A stretch of 51,672 nt of DNA, filler included, from Porpidia crustulata (GCA_964255105.1; 2 parts of 2 records of this genome joined end to end with filler, not necessarily neighbours in it); one strand, 5' to 3'; counted from the whole stretch's first letter, positions 1-13,399 are shown. Program-made: numbers and translations. Notes: generated by a model from the sequence alone, not told the origin.

Positions 1-308
1 CGATCATGGTGAGCATCCTGAGGCCTACGCGTAGCCCGCGTAGCCTGTGTCCTGGACAAGTGTTCCTAGCCTGGGGCTAACACTAGCGCCCCTAGGGGGG
101 TCATCGGATCAAGGTGGTTCCGAGCCTAATGGGGTTTAGCGTCGCCCTAGCATCGCCAATTTCCCACCCCCCTAAATATCGCCCTCCACCCGGATTTCCT
201 TCCTTCCTTAGCATTTATTTCCTCGTTGATAGCCCCTTAGCTAGCTAATTCCTTCAGCCTTTGGCATTATCTTCTTAGGGCTGGGCCACCTCATGTGCAC
301 CCTTAACA
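1..308 (+). mobile_element. LTR of a retrotransposon (5' TGTTA end lies just outside the window; ends ...CCTTAACA)
   Basis: Positions 104-308 align by eye to the reverse complement of 27920-28085 (shared CGGATCAAGGTGG..CCGAGCCTAATG and CGGATTTCCTT..TTCCTTAGCATTTATTTC). The window begins CGATCA, matching the TGTTACGATCA start of the other copies. Terminal TAACA, then an AT-rich flank. Confidence 0.8.
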
Positions 309-934
309 ATTAATTATTTAAAACAGTTAATTTGCTTGGATATTTGATCAAAAAGATGAAATTTTGCTAAATTGAGGACCGGATATTCTGACATTGAAAA
401 TCAGGCGCTAGCAGGGGGGCTAAGCGAGTCTACTAACAATCAATACCCCGGCTAAATGGTACACCCGGAGCGAAATATGGTAGTACCTAATTGGACACCA
501 CGACCGCCTTAGAAGGTCCAAATCCCTGCTGTAGATCGACTTCGCGTTCGTGCTTACCGCCATCGGTTTTTGACATGCATTACAGTACCAAGGTACCGCA
601 CTTTTTGACTACTCAGCTAGATGTACATAGTATCACTACAGAAGCTTTGAAGCTATCTAAACAGACATACAAGCACCGCCAGATCACTAGGCATACAAGG
701 AGAACTTAGACCAAAGAGAAACTCGCCATAACGACTATAACAAGTAGGTGTTCGTCGTAGATGACATTATACACTAAATCGTTACATTACTTATCATCAT
801 AGGCTTGCCTCGTGCAAGCATCTGCTCACTCATCCACCATTCACTCCCACGCAGACATACCGGAGGTGGGCAAGCCGGGTAAGAGAAAGGCCTACAGTTC
901 TGACGAGCATATTCGCCCGGAGAAGAAGAAGATC

Positions 935-3900
935 ATGACGGTCAGTGTCCATGTTCTTTCAAGGCGAGGTCGAGAGAGCAAGACCTAGCTAGCACAACCC
1001 TTCCTCTTATTTCATGTCCCAAACAACACTATCGAAAGTTGCTAACCATCTCTTTGATACAAGGGTACCAAGATGGAGGTTGATGGCCCTGCCATGGATG
1101 TTGGGCAACTCAAAAATGGCGATATCGACGAATCACTATACAGCAGGCAGCTCTACGTCCTTGGTCACGAGGCTATGAAGCGAATGAGTGCCTCACATGT
1201 CCTCGTAGCAGGTCTTAAGGGTCTTGGTGTGGAAATAGGTAGGCAACGAACACTCATGTACTAGTTGTGCTCCTACTTATTCGCTTTGCACAGCCAAGAA
1301 CATTGCGCTAGCTGGTGTGAAGTCTTTGACTCTCTTTGATCCAGCGCCAGCTGCCATTGCCGATCTCTCCTCACAGTTCTTTCTACACCCCGAGGATGTC
1401 GGTAAACCTCGAGCTTCAGTTACAGCACCAAGGGTAGCCGAGTTGAATGCCTATACGCCTGTCTCCGTACACCCATCGGAGAGCCTGACGGCCGACCTCA
1501 ATCAGCTCAATCAATATCAAGTTGTGGTGCTGACTAGTTCTTCTCTGAAAGATCAACTCACTATCTCTGATTATTGCCATAAGAACGGAATCTTTATCGT
1601 CATAGTTGATACATTTGGGCTTTTTGGTTCTATATTTACAGATTTCGGGAACGATTTTGCCGTAGCAGATCCTACCGGAGAGAATCCGCTCAGTGGCATA
1701 GTTGCCGGAGTAGATTCCGATGGCCTCGTTTCTGCTCTTGATGAGACGAGACATGGTTTGCAGGACGGAGATTTTGTGACGTTCACCGAGGTGCAAGGCA
1801 TGGAAGAGCTGAACAACTCTGAGCCGCGCAAGATTGAGGTTAAAGGGCCTTACACATTCTCGATTGGAGACGTATCAAGCCTAGGACAATACAAGAGCGG
1901 TGGCATCTACACGCAGGTCAAGATGCCTAAGACGATCAACTTCCAGCCCTTAAGTGAGCAGTTAAAGAAGCCGGAGTTGCTAATGTCAGATTTTGCCAAA
2001 TTCGACCGGCCACAGCAATTACATATTGGTGTTCAAGCACTGCATGAGTTTGCAAGTTGCCATGAAGGCAATATGCCTCGTCCTCATAACGATGAAGATG
2101 CTGCTGAAGTTCTCAAATATTCTTACGCTCTGGCTGAAGAATCAGAAGACAAAGTGGAGCTCAACGATAAGCTGATACGAGAGCTGAGCTACCAAGCCCG
2201 AGGTGACCTTGCTCCTATGACCGCTTTCTTTGGTGGATTGGCCGCTCAGGAGGTCCTGAAGTCGGTTTCTGGCAAATTCCACCCAATCGTACAGTGGCTT
2301 TACTTTGACTCCCTAGAATCCTTACCTATCTCAACTAAGCGATCTGAGGAGCAGTGCATGCCACTCCATAGTCGATATGATGGGCAGATTGCGGTCTTTG
2401 GGAAGGACTACCAAGAGAAGCTTGGGAATATTAACCAATTCCTTGTGGGTGCCGGCGCGATTGGCTGCGAAATGCTCAAGAATTGGGCGATGATCGGTCT
2501 CGGAGCGGGCAACAAGGGCAAGATTACCATCACCGACATGGATCAGATCGAGAAGAGCAATTTGAACCGACAGTTCTTATTCCGACCTAAGGATGTTGGC
2601 CAATTAAAAAGCGTATGCGCCGCTTCAGCTGTGATCGCCATGAATCCGGATCTTGGAGGAAAGATCGTATCGCTTCCAGACAGAGTTGGCCCGGATACCG
2701 AACATATATTTAATGAGACCTTTTGGGAAGATCTGGATCAAGTCACAAATGCTCTCGACAATGTCGATGCGAGACAATACGTTGACCGCCGATGTGTCTT
2801 CTTCCGCAAGCCTTTACTTGACAGCGGAACCCTCGGCACCAAAGGCAATACGCAAGTCGTCTTACCAAATCTAACAGAGTCCTATTCAAGCTCTCAGGAC
2901 CCCCCAGAACAGTCCTTCCCTCAGTGTACACTACGTAGCTTTCCTAACAAAATTGAACATACAATCGCTTGGGCGAAAGAAAAGTTCCATCAGTACTTCG
3001 TAGGGCCACCTGAGACGGTGAACTTGTACTTGAGTCAGTCAAATTACGTCGAGCAGACCTTGAAGCGATCCGGCAACGAGATACCAACTTTGGAGAGCAT
3101 TAGGGATTACCTTGTGACAGAGAAGCCGCTAAGCTTCGAAGACTGCATTGTGTGGGCCAGGATGCAATTTGAAAAGGAGTACAATAACGCTATCCAACAA
3201 CTCCTATACAACTTCCCAAAAGACTCGAAAACCTCAAGTGGTGCTCCATTCTGGTCTGGGCCCAAACGCGCTCCTAGTCCTTTGAAGTTCAATGCTGCTA
3301 ATCCTGCTCACATTGGATTCGTCATCGCGGCAGCCAATCTCCATGCATACAATTACGGGATCAAGAGCCCTGTAACCACAGGCAAAGATCGCTACTCCAA
3401 AGTCATGAATAGCATGATCATCCCAGAATTCTCTCCAAACCCCGCCGTCAAAATCCAGGCTGACGATAACGACCCAGACCCAAACGCTCAAGCCAATAAC
3501 TCGAATTTTGATGACAATAGCGAGCTAGAGCAGATAATCTCACAGCTGCCCCACCCCAAGTCATTGTCAGGCTTCAAGCTTGAGCCTGTAGAGTTTGAGA
3601 AGGATGACGATTCAAATCACCACATCGACTTTATCACGGCGGCCAGCAACTTGAGAGCTGAGAATTATGCCATTCCGGAGGCCGACCGACACAAGACAAA
3701 GTTCATTGCAGGGAAGATCATCCCAGCCATCGCTACAACTACTGCCTTGGTCACCGGCTTGGTTATTTTGGAGATGTATAAGATCGTTGACGGTAAGACC
3801 GATCTCGAGCAATACAAGAATGGTTTTATCAACCTCGCCTTGCCATTTTTTGGTTTTAGTGAGCCGATCGCTAGTCCTAAGGGTAAATATGTGGGCACGA

Positions 3901-4273
3901 AGGGCGAGGTTGAAATCGACAAACTCTGGGATCGGTTCGAAGTAGAGGATATAACCCTACAGCAATTCTTGGACCATTTCAAAGGTCAAGGGCTAGATAT
4001 CATGATGCTAAGCTCGGGCGTCAGTCTTCTGTACGCAAGTTTCTATCCGCCAAGCAAGCTCAAGGATAGATTGGGCCTCAAGTAAGTCAATGTGGTATTC
4101 CCCCGGACGCTCTTACTAACAGGGGCTTTGCTAGACTGAGCGCACTTGTGGAGACCATCAGCAAGAAGCCTATTCCGGACCACCAAAAGAACGTGATCTT
4201 CGAGATGACGGTTGAAGATCAGACAGAGGAAGATGTCGAGGTTCCTTATGTTATGCTTAAGTTGCGCAAATAG
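935..4273 (+). CDS. UBA1: Ubiquitin-activating enzyme E1 (multi-exon; introns about 941-1063, 1239-1293, 4083-4134)
   Basis: [35 protein letters not shown]-binding motif, [10 protein letters not shown], catalytic [27 protein letters not shown]. The last exon ends ...[11 protein letters not shown]. Confidence 0.97.
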
Positions 4274-5072
4274 AAAGCTCCCGTTCTTCATGATAGACAA
4301 AGTGTGGGGTGGGCGTTTTCGGGGCATTAGGAGGTAAATCAAAGTCTTGGGTGGCCTTACAGCTGTCTTAGATTGATGTTAGCGAAGCACAAGGTAGGTA
4401 GCGCTGCCTGCCTGCGTGTATGTATTCCGCATGATCTTTCTCTTGCCCTTTCTCTCTCACACATACATAAAAACCACACACACAGCCAAGTCGAACGTTG
4501 CGATTTCTTACTTCTCTCTAGTTGTTATCCTGGATGTAGCAATTAGCTACCAGCTCACTTGTCATCGTCCACCCGATGCTTGTCAATCGATTCGTCAAAT
4601 TTAGTCATGCTACAATAAGCAGCCACCAAATGCTAGAGACATGATTTAGTGCGCTTGGATGCCACTCCGTACCAGACCACACTCTACCGTCCTGTGGATA
4701 CAACATTAGGCACATGGGTCGCTATCCATGAGCCCCGCCAACTGGACAATGTCATGATGACATAACGGCGTTGGTGGGGCACTCGGGGGTCACATAAGTT
4801 AGCTACCTTAGGCACCTTGGTAGGCTTCGACCTGATCAATCAAGCCATCCTGGTCGAGGTATACTCGATATCCAAATCATTCTGGTGGCTGGTCAATGAC
4901 TAATTGAGGTGCATGTAGCTACATTCTTTCTCGTGTTTTACCTTCTACAATTACTATATATCCCACAGTTCCCTTCGTCTACTGTATGAGCTTGAATATT
5001 GCCAAGAATCGCTTGATCAGTGGTCATTTTCCAACCCATTCATATTTACGAGTCCTTGCGTCCTTTTCTATT

Positions 5073-6401
5073 ATGGCGGTAGGAATACCGTTTGCCTCCA
5101 CAGTACTACACTAATTCGATCGGATCAACAGACAGGAACCGACGAGAACATCACGAACTGGGCCGACAAGTCCGGAGAATTCAAAAGAGGCCAATCACAG
5201 TTTCGAGATTCGATATCAAAAAAATCCGGCTCTGAATTTCCTCCGGAAAAGGGAAGATATCATCTCTACGTCTCATATGCTTGTCCATGGGGTTGAGAAA
5301 TCCCTCGCCGTCCTTCAGTCCAAGATATTGGCTTTACTAAGAGTCGTGTTAGCTCACCGAGTGCTCATTGTGCGCAAACTGAAAGGCCTCGAAGAGATTA
5401 TCCCCTACACTTCAGTGCACTGGGAGATGCTAGAAAAGGGTAGCCGACTTTCTCTATAACCTTCCAACCTTTACGGGCATTGCTGCTAACACCCCAGCAG
5501 GTTGGCGCTTCGCCAAACTTGACGAAAAGATTCCCGGCGACAACGTGACACCCGATCCCATCCACAAGGATTTAACCCATTTACGAGATATCTATTTCAA
5601 GGTTGACCCCGAATATAAGGGGCGCTTCACTGTGCCAACTTTATATGATGTGAAGCAAGGAAAGATTGTCAGCAATGAAGTACGTGAAATGTGGTGGCTA
5701 TGGAAATGACGTTGGAACCTTAGAGTAAAGCCCTAACACGTTGTGGCTAGTCAAGCGAAATTATACGGATGCTCTATACTGAGTTTGATGATATACTACC
5801 CAAGAAGTACGCGGACGTCGATCTTTTTCCAGAGAACCTTAGAAAGCAAATTGAAGAGACCAACGAGTGGACTTACGACGAGATCAACAATGGCGTCTAC
5901 AAGTCTGGCTTCGCCACGTAAATCTCCATTACACTCCGCTTAGCAAGCCAGCTCCAAGGCACAAAGCTGACTGGCCCATACAGAACCCAGGAAGCCTACG
6001 AGAAAGCCGTTAAGCCCCTGTTCCACTCCCTTGATCGTGCCGAAGCCCACCTCTCCTCCCATCACTCACCCTACTATTTTGGCTCCTCCGTCACCGAAGC
6101 CGACATCCGCCTTTACACCACCATCGTCCGCTTCGACCCTGTCTACGTCCAGCACTTCAAGTGCAATATCAGAGACATCAGGAGCGGCTACCCGCAACTG
6201 CACAAATGGTTGCGGATGCTGTATTGGGATGTACCGGCGTTTGGCGAGACAACGCAGTTTGAGCACATCAAGAAGCATTATACGAAGAGTCACAAGCAGA
6301 TCAATCCGTGTAGTATTACGCCGGTGGGGCCAGTGCCGGATATTCTGCCAAAAGATCGGGAGGTGGCGGCGGTGGAGGCGTTGACGTCAGCGAATCATTA
6401 A
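5073..6401 (+). CDS. Omega-class glutathione S-transferase / glutathionyl-hydroquinone reductase (Gto/Ecm4 family), multi-exon
   Basis: Spliced exons give [82 protein letters not shown]. Confidence 0.92.
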
Positions 6402-8329
6402 GGATTGCAGACTAATGGACCGAATAAAAAAGGGGGGGCTGTGTTCGAGTACTTTGAGTCTTGTTTCCAACGGCAGCAGCAAAATTGAGTTGTGCGAATT
6501 TGAAATATTGTATTATCACCGTGGCTCCAAAAGTTGCGCGCAATGGGAGTTTCCAGTAAGAAAAAGATAATGAACCCGATTCCCAAATTAGTAGCATGAA
6601 GACCCAATCACCCAAATTGGAACGTCAGTCAAAACGTTAAAAACCAACACACAAAGCCTCGCATCGGGAGACAGATTGAATATTTGGATTCCCTTCGATG
6701 GCAAATACCATAGACTGGACACGACGGGGCCAAATATGTCAATCACAACTGACAATTGACCTACGTCTACCATATGTATTCCTTTACATCCCTTACCATT
6801 ATCCCATCAACTCATCAAAATCGTTCTCCCCACGTAAAGCCAGCATTGCCCTCCCTCCCAAGAACGAAAACTCAACATAGTAGATTGCTTATCTCAATAG
6901 CGACTTCACCATCCGGAAAATCCCCGCTGTAATCGCACGGTGTGGAATAGCTTTTCCCAACATTTTCACAAAATGGTACATCAAAGGAACCCCTTCGACC
7001 CCTTTTCCAAGGAGTGCAGGCCCCTGAATTCGAACGTTCAATGAACTTCAGACGCATTCATCGCGCACCAAGCAGATTCCTCGTAGACAATGCTTCGATA
7101 CGCGCGACACTTCAGACCTCCACAGAGTCTTCACAAAATAGACATCCACTTCTAACATGCTGTACCCTTTGATCCGGTCGCTTCTCCTTCAATTCAACTA
7201 CAGTCCTAATATTTCGACAACCGGATCCCGACACGTGAACTCGGCTGCCATGATTTGAGATAGGAGATGTTCAGGGAAAGAAAGGCAAGACTGACCGAGA
7301 AGGCGATGCATGAGTCCCAGAATTGGGATGTCGGCACTGTGGGCGCCACCAAGAAGCTGGGGACACTAAGCAGAGACATTTGGGGATCGTGACACCGTGA
7401 CCTGCAACGCGAATGGCAGAGAGGATGCGGGGAGCGAGGACGACGTGCAAATTCGGACTTTTCGAGTCGAGTGGATCGCAACTTCTTCGAGCAGGCGAAT
7501 AACGTGTGGGTGATTCAGTACCAGTCATCGCCCAGCCAACGCACATTGATGAGGCGTAGATTTGAGCTGAGATTAAGAGAGAGGGGTTGTTCTGTCTTGA
7601 CAGGGTCGAACTTTGACAGAATAGACAATTCTGGCACGAACAACACCTAATCCTCGAAGTCCCCGGCCGTTGACGAGGAAGGGCGGGTACTGTTCGGTGC
7701 GGCAAGTACAGTGTTGTAGAAATTCAACATTAATCGTTATCTTGTCCAAACCGACAGCGGAACTTTGCAAATTATTGTGGGGAAATAGAAAATCGAGTCG
7801 TCTCCCACGGCAAAGTTTTTGCAGAAAGAGGAGTCGGGCATTCCAAGAGTCCACCCTCGGAAGCCTCCTACCTGATCATATGAGAGTCACATCAGGGCAG
7901 GCATCGGGCTATTCATGAATCAGTAATAGTCCTTCACGTCCTACGGTGAAGCGCAAAACGGTCGAGAAAAGGGAAGTCGACATGTCACAAGCCCCGGAAG
8001 GGATGGCGGAGTAAGGACATCGCTTGAGAAAATTGAGATCCCAAAGCTGGGAAGCATAGAAGGCATAGAGAGTTAAATAAGAAGACGATTCGATTGCAAA
8101 AGTGAAATAACCACTGCACTTTCAAGGCTTTGGCCTTTACCACTGGCAGAACATGAGGCATCGGCTTCTAGCAAACAAAAGTAGAGTCACGTTCTTTATA
8201 TCTATTAAATTGCCATGCTTGCCTCTGCTCATCAGCAGCAAAGGCGATCATTAATCTAGTCGTAACCTGATGCTCCGAAAGTACTGTCGCAGCCGACCGG
8301 TAGCCAGGTGCTGGGCTGCAACTCCAGTT

Positions 8330-9622
8330 CTAATTCCCAGTAGCATGCGGCGCAAATCCAATCCGCGTATTGCCGCCGTCAAAAACAACAAATTGTGTTT
8401 TAAACATGATGTCTCCAAGAATCTGAAGAGGATTTCCGTTGTTGGACTGAATGGCGCCCTGGCAAATGCTGGATCCCCCTGTAGCCCCCGAATTTGAAAA
8501 GCTGATGAGGGAACCAGGAATGGTAGCCATGTAGCTATCGCCAAGTCCGAGATGAAAATCGGGCAACTTGGTGTCGCAGGGGAAGCTATGGCTCTTGGCC
8601 GTAGGATCGTAAAGAGCGCCGGGAACTTGGGCATAATAAGCTTGCACGGCGGGCTCGTCGAGCAGGAGCAGCGACGTTCCCGTGTCGGCGATTGCCGGGT
8701 GGGCTGATGGGTTTGTTTGGATCGGCCCACTCCCGATCTGGAAGGTTTTGGAGCCAAATTGCCAAAAGCCCTTGTTTTTATCCACGGGGGTGAATTGGAC
8801 CGTGCCAGTGAATTGATTAGTGTCGACCTTGCCGAATTCGTAAGCCCCCACGGTGAAGTGTTTGAGGTTGGCGGTGAAGACGGGCTGATCTAGGGTCGGC
8901 ATCACGTTCTCAAAAAAGGTTGGCTGAGGCCGTCTTTGGCCATTCATGGTGATGGTATTGATGCTGGAAAATCCCAAGCCCAGGAGGCCGTCAGAGTTGG
9001 CATCCTTGATAAAGCCATCAGTGACGGAGGTGGGGAGATTGATGGCTTGTGCCTGAACTGTTGCACCACCAACGTCGACAGTATCAACGCCGACTTGGCC
9101 ACTCGCATGAGACTGGTCGCCGTAATGGATCTCAAACGCAGCGCCTGGTACGCTTTTGAAAGTGGTGGATTTGGAAGGGTCATAGACGTTGGGTCGAGTC
9201 CGCGCCGCAAGTACATCGGCAGGTAATTTGGTGTTGAAGATCCACATATCCGAGGAACCAGTGTCAAAATCCATGTCAAAAGTTTGGCCTCCAATCGTGA
9301 CTGGAGACAGGAACTCGGCATCACCTTGCGCTGGTTGTTTCGCAGAAACACTCCCGGTATTCTGTTGTCCAGTTGCGGCCTTCAATTGTGCAGTGCCACG
9401 GTCTGGTGTGGCAGCCACTTCAACCGCCGCAGCCCTATCAACCATATTCCATCCATACTTCCCGTACGCTCTGTCCATGGCGCCGGGGACATGCTGGATA
9501 ATAGCTGTATCTCGCCGTTGTCGTTGAATCTTGAAGGACCTGCCTTGTGATGGGGTAGGAGCTGTCGAAGTAACCGCAGCTAAGAAAGTGATGGCGAGCA
9601 GTAAGCTCGCTCTACACTGCAT
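8330..9622 (-). CDS. Secreted pepsin-family (A1) aspartic endopeptidase, aspergillopepsin/penicillopepsin-like; intronless
   Basis: 430-aa ORF with a signal peptide, a propeptide (RAYGKYG), catalytic DFDTGSSD and IADTGTS, the flap YGD motif, DGLLGLGF and ILGDIMFK. Confidence 0.95.
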   Translation of the reverse strand: MQCRASLLLAITFLAAVTSTAPTPSQGRSFKIQRQRRDTAIIQHVPGAMDRAYGKYGWNMVDRAAAVEVAATPDRGTAQLKAATGQQNTGSVSAKQPAQGDAEFLSPVTIGGQTFDMDFDTGSSDMWIFNTKLPADVLAARTRPNVYDPSKSTTFKSVPGAAFEIHYGDQSHASGQVGVDTVDVGGATVQAQAINLPTSVTDGFIKDANSDGLLGLGFSSINTITMNGQRRPQPTFFENVMPTLDQPVFTANLKHFTVGAYEFGKVDTNQFTGTVQFTPVDKNKGFWQFGSKTFQIGSGPIQTNPSAHPAIADTGTSLLLLDEPAVQAYYAQVPGALYDPTAKSHSFPCDTKLPDFHLGLGDSYMATIPGSLISFSNSGATGGSSICQGAIQSNNGNPLQILGDIMFKTQFVVFDGGNTRIGFAPHATGN

Positions 9623-11455
9623 GGTGACGGTCTAGAGTCGCACTTAAAAAAAACAAGTAGGCTATTGCGATCAGTGAACGACTCCGAGTGGCGGTGATAT
9701 CGCTGGGGGATTGAGGCCGACAAGCGCAGGTCACTGTGAATGAAGTGAAATTCAAGGGTGTAGTGAAGTGGATTAAAGACTAGGCGGACATAAGGAACGT
9801 TCGAAGCAAACAGGCCTGGCTGATCTTCGTTTTTTGTTTGGCATCAAGGACAGTGGATTGCTCAAACAAAGATTGAAAGAAGGTATTGTTCATATGTTCA
9901 TTGATGCAATTATTTCGAATCAGGCACGCGGCGAAGGCGACAGTCAGTACGCCTGGTAGGAGTGAAGGACAAAGAAAAGAGTGTAGCAGTCGTGTGTGAA
10001 GGAAAGGGAAATAATGCGAAAGTGTTGGCAAAGAGAGCAGCAGCTTCAGGCTTCAAGCTTGAGATTGCAGTGGGCTGACCCTGGCGGTCCACCCAGTGCA
10101 GGAGCATTGCCAAGAACCGGAGAGTACCAAACGCGTACTGAGCACGGGGGTCTCATGTACTCTAGTCTATAGAGGAGAGTGGTGTTTGAGGTTGGTGTTT
10201 GAGGTTTTCATAAATTGATCTAGCAAGTCCCCTATCTCCTGCAGCCCTAGAGTCCCACACTCTACGATTGGTCCAGGGGACGCTGAGGTGCAAATCGCCA
10301 GGGGCAGGAGCGCCATTTTGGTTTCGACGAATTTTGTTACCCCCGTAAGTATCATCATTGTACCCATCAAGGAACAGCGATATCGAGTAGCTAAGCATCA
10401 AGCATAGGTATCCAAACCGAAAGGCAGCCACGGCAGGGTTGGAGGTTGGTAAGCACTCGAGAGTCCGAGACGCCGGGAAGCAAACCAATCAAATCATCAC
10501 ATCCACCTAAGTTCCTCGTAATGAAACCCCTAAATCTAATGTTAATCCCTATAATTATAAACAAACGGGTACTCTAATTAAGGCATCCACAAATAATATC
10601 CGTTTGCCAGTTGAGATTTAAGGTACCCGAGAGTCCTGAAGTTGTCCAATCACGGCGACCGGCTACCGCTACTGTCAGATCTAAATAATACACATCTCGA
10701 GGTTCTTTAAGTTACTGCTTCTTCGGCTTTTTCATATTGCTCCATCACCATTTCCACCTCGACGTGATAGTTATTCGAATTGCAGCGTACAATCGCTCGT
10801 GTGTTGGGAAGTTGAATCATTTTGCATGATACACGTAGACCGGTGGAGTCATGACATTCGCTGATTGGATAAGGTACTTGGGACATTGTCTCCATCGCTG
10901 TCATTACACCTTCACAGGCTCGTGGCCTTTGTTATCTTGATTGTAGCCTTTCATCCCCTTGTTTGGCATGTTGGGTGGTTGGGGACAAAATTTGTTACAC
11001 TAACCGCCTCGGTCTCACGCTCATATCGCATGGTACTGTAGTAGTTCTGCAGATTGTGAAACCGAATTTGCCTTGTCCACTTGGCCTCCATTCGAATAGG
11101 ATAAGTGAGCAATATGCTTCTTTATCGCCGAGACTTCGATTTGCCTAGTTTTGGGGCCTTGAATCAGGGTTGGAATATCACGAGTCAGTAAAGTTGTATT
11201 ATTGAAGTTGAATCATTGTGGAGGTATATTAGGTATTGGTTTGATATGTACACTTGCCCTCAATCATATGCAAGTAGTTTATGAAAATGAAATAGACTAT
11301 GCTTTGAAGAATCAGTCCAAACACCATGCTATCATTGCTTTTGTCGCTCAAATGCTCAAAGACTTGATGTAGATTCGACAAGCCCGGGCGCGAAAATCTG
11401 CTTCTTAGGAGTACGAGAATGGAGACGGTGGACTCCTATAAATACAAGCCACAAA

Positions 11456-13152
11456 TCACTCCGACACCCGGCCTGGCTGATCCGTACCAGCGAAAGGCGC
11501 TGCATGCCTCGACGAAGACTTCTTGTGACCTTTAGTCTTGCGTGACAACTCAGAAGAGGGACCTCGGTGATGGTTCCTTGATGCCTCCTCACCGAATACC
11601 ATCGGCCACGTCTGCCCACTATCTCGACCGCCCGTTTCCAGTTCTGGAGGGTGAACCCAAGTCTGCTCAGTTCTCTCATAACCACTAGGCGTCTCATAGC
11701 TTTTCGCGTCTCCTTCAGTTCCGTGGAATTCACGCGCGGAGAAGCGGTTAGGTGCAGTAGGGGCAGGCTGGTCAGAAGGTATCTTAGATGCCGTTTCCGC
11801 AATCACCCAGTTTTTGCCACGCCCAGGCACCTCTGACGCACTGATCTCTACCAACCCTCCTCCTTCCACTGGTAGAAAATGTCGCGGTGGCAGCACTTCG
11901 ACGTCGATTACCGGCAGTATGCGATGATATATATCATGATCGTGTATCTCGCGAGTAATCACTTCCTCTCGAATACGGTGGACTTTCCTCTGAATATTCT
12001 CATGCACAACCGCTGGATTCAATGTTAGCTTTCGAGCCTTTATTTCATTTGAGGTGCAGATATGTGCTAATGAAACTGACCCGGGGCTACCCTCTCAATA
12101 ATTTCAGTATTGGAGGAATCATGCTGCGCTCGCTGAACTATGTCTTGTGCGTTGTATGCTTCTCCTGTACTTCTTGAGATAGGTCTCGATCTATCAAGAA
12201 CACTTGGGGGCTGAGCAAGATTTTCCTTCCTCCGGGACTGATGAGAATTATAGGCCAAGCTAGGAGCTGATGGCAAAGGCTTCTCACTATTGACTCGTAG
12301 ATCGTGACCTGGAGAAGCGTATTGCGTTATTGGGGAAGAGTTGTCCGAAGATGGTAGCTTCGGAGAGCTTCCAACCTGCTTCCTAGGAATAGAAGTTCGT
12401 CTCTTCAAGTCCCCATCAACTGCAAGCTCATTACTCAGGCCTTGTCTGGTCTCGTGTACCAAATCATAGTCCCCAGTGGTAACCCCATATGGCTGTGGGA
12501 TTTCCTCACCTGGAAACATGCTAGGCGAACCTCCCTGATGGATTCGAGATGCGCCATAGTGCTTAGGGGAAGCCTCAATGAACGTACTCGGTGTCTGAAA
12601 ACTTCTTCGTGGTGGAGTCTGGGCTGAATGGACTAATTCTAGATTAATACGTATCTGTAAAGAGAGCAGTTATCATAACTGACTGTCATCATCACCAAGG
12701 CCTAATCTTGAGAGATCCTGTATGACAGGACTTTCTGATGGTATATTACGTCCTCCAATACGATCTTTGACCCGTGTCGCATCAAACTCCCCAGTATGAG
12801 GAGAGTTATGATATGGTACATCGATCCTCGGGTCTACCATCATATGCGACTGTCCTCCAACAGCCGCCGTCTGGTTAGATGTCGACGACGGGAAAGGTAA
12901 ACCCTTGCTTATACCTTGTTGGCCTTTGCTAGGCTGGGAAGAAAAATTTCCCCGTGTTACAGTGGAGCTTCCATCGGCCTTGATAGGATATGCACCTCTT
13001 TCCGGTAAATTTCCGGATGTTGTTGAATCATACGGCGTGGCGCGAATAATAGGGGGTTCAAGACCTCCGGCAGATTCACCACGATCGCCCAAGGGTTCCT
13101 GCTGTAAATTTTGGCTTTTCCGGTGCAGTTTCTTTTTAAACAGGGAAGCCAT
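11456..13152 (-). CDS. Hypothetical low-complexity protein with a C-terminal His/Val-rich 'allergen-like' domain (about 3 exons)
   Basis: ORFs 12673-13191, 12067-12519 and 11456-12022 can be joined by GT-AG introns. ATG at 13152 (MASLFKKKL). Motif ERVAP|AVVHENIQ..REEVITREIHDHDIYHRILPVIDVEVLP. The 3' end is uncertain. Confidence 0.7.
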
Positions 13153-13399
13153 ATATTGAGGGCTGAAGTAGGTTTCAAAATTCTGGTGCAAGGTGTATAG
13201 GTCTTGCTGCCAGGTATCGAAGACTTTGGTGGTGAGGATCTAATATTTCGGCAGGTGATTTAATCGTTGCAATCAATGACTACCAGCCTGGTGACTTACT
13301 CTTCAACTGCTCACTTGCCTCCATGATCATACCTACCTAATGTCAATTGACTGTTTTGCCTAGTCTCTAGTATTCTTGGCAACGGCACAATGAATAATA

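Noticed and set aside
7400..7520. FRVEWI peptide reminiscent of a YTH domain
   Set aside because: An isolated short motif; the flanking YTH motifs are absent and the frame closes.
8251..9550. Several overlapping or antisense ORFs over the aspartic protease (and similar ones over UBA1, TRS85, SIZ1)
   Set aside because: Shadow ORFs from codon bias, with no recognisable domains.
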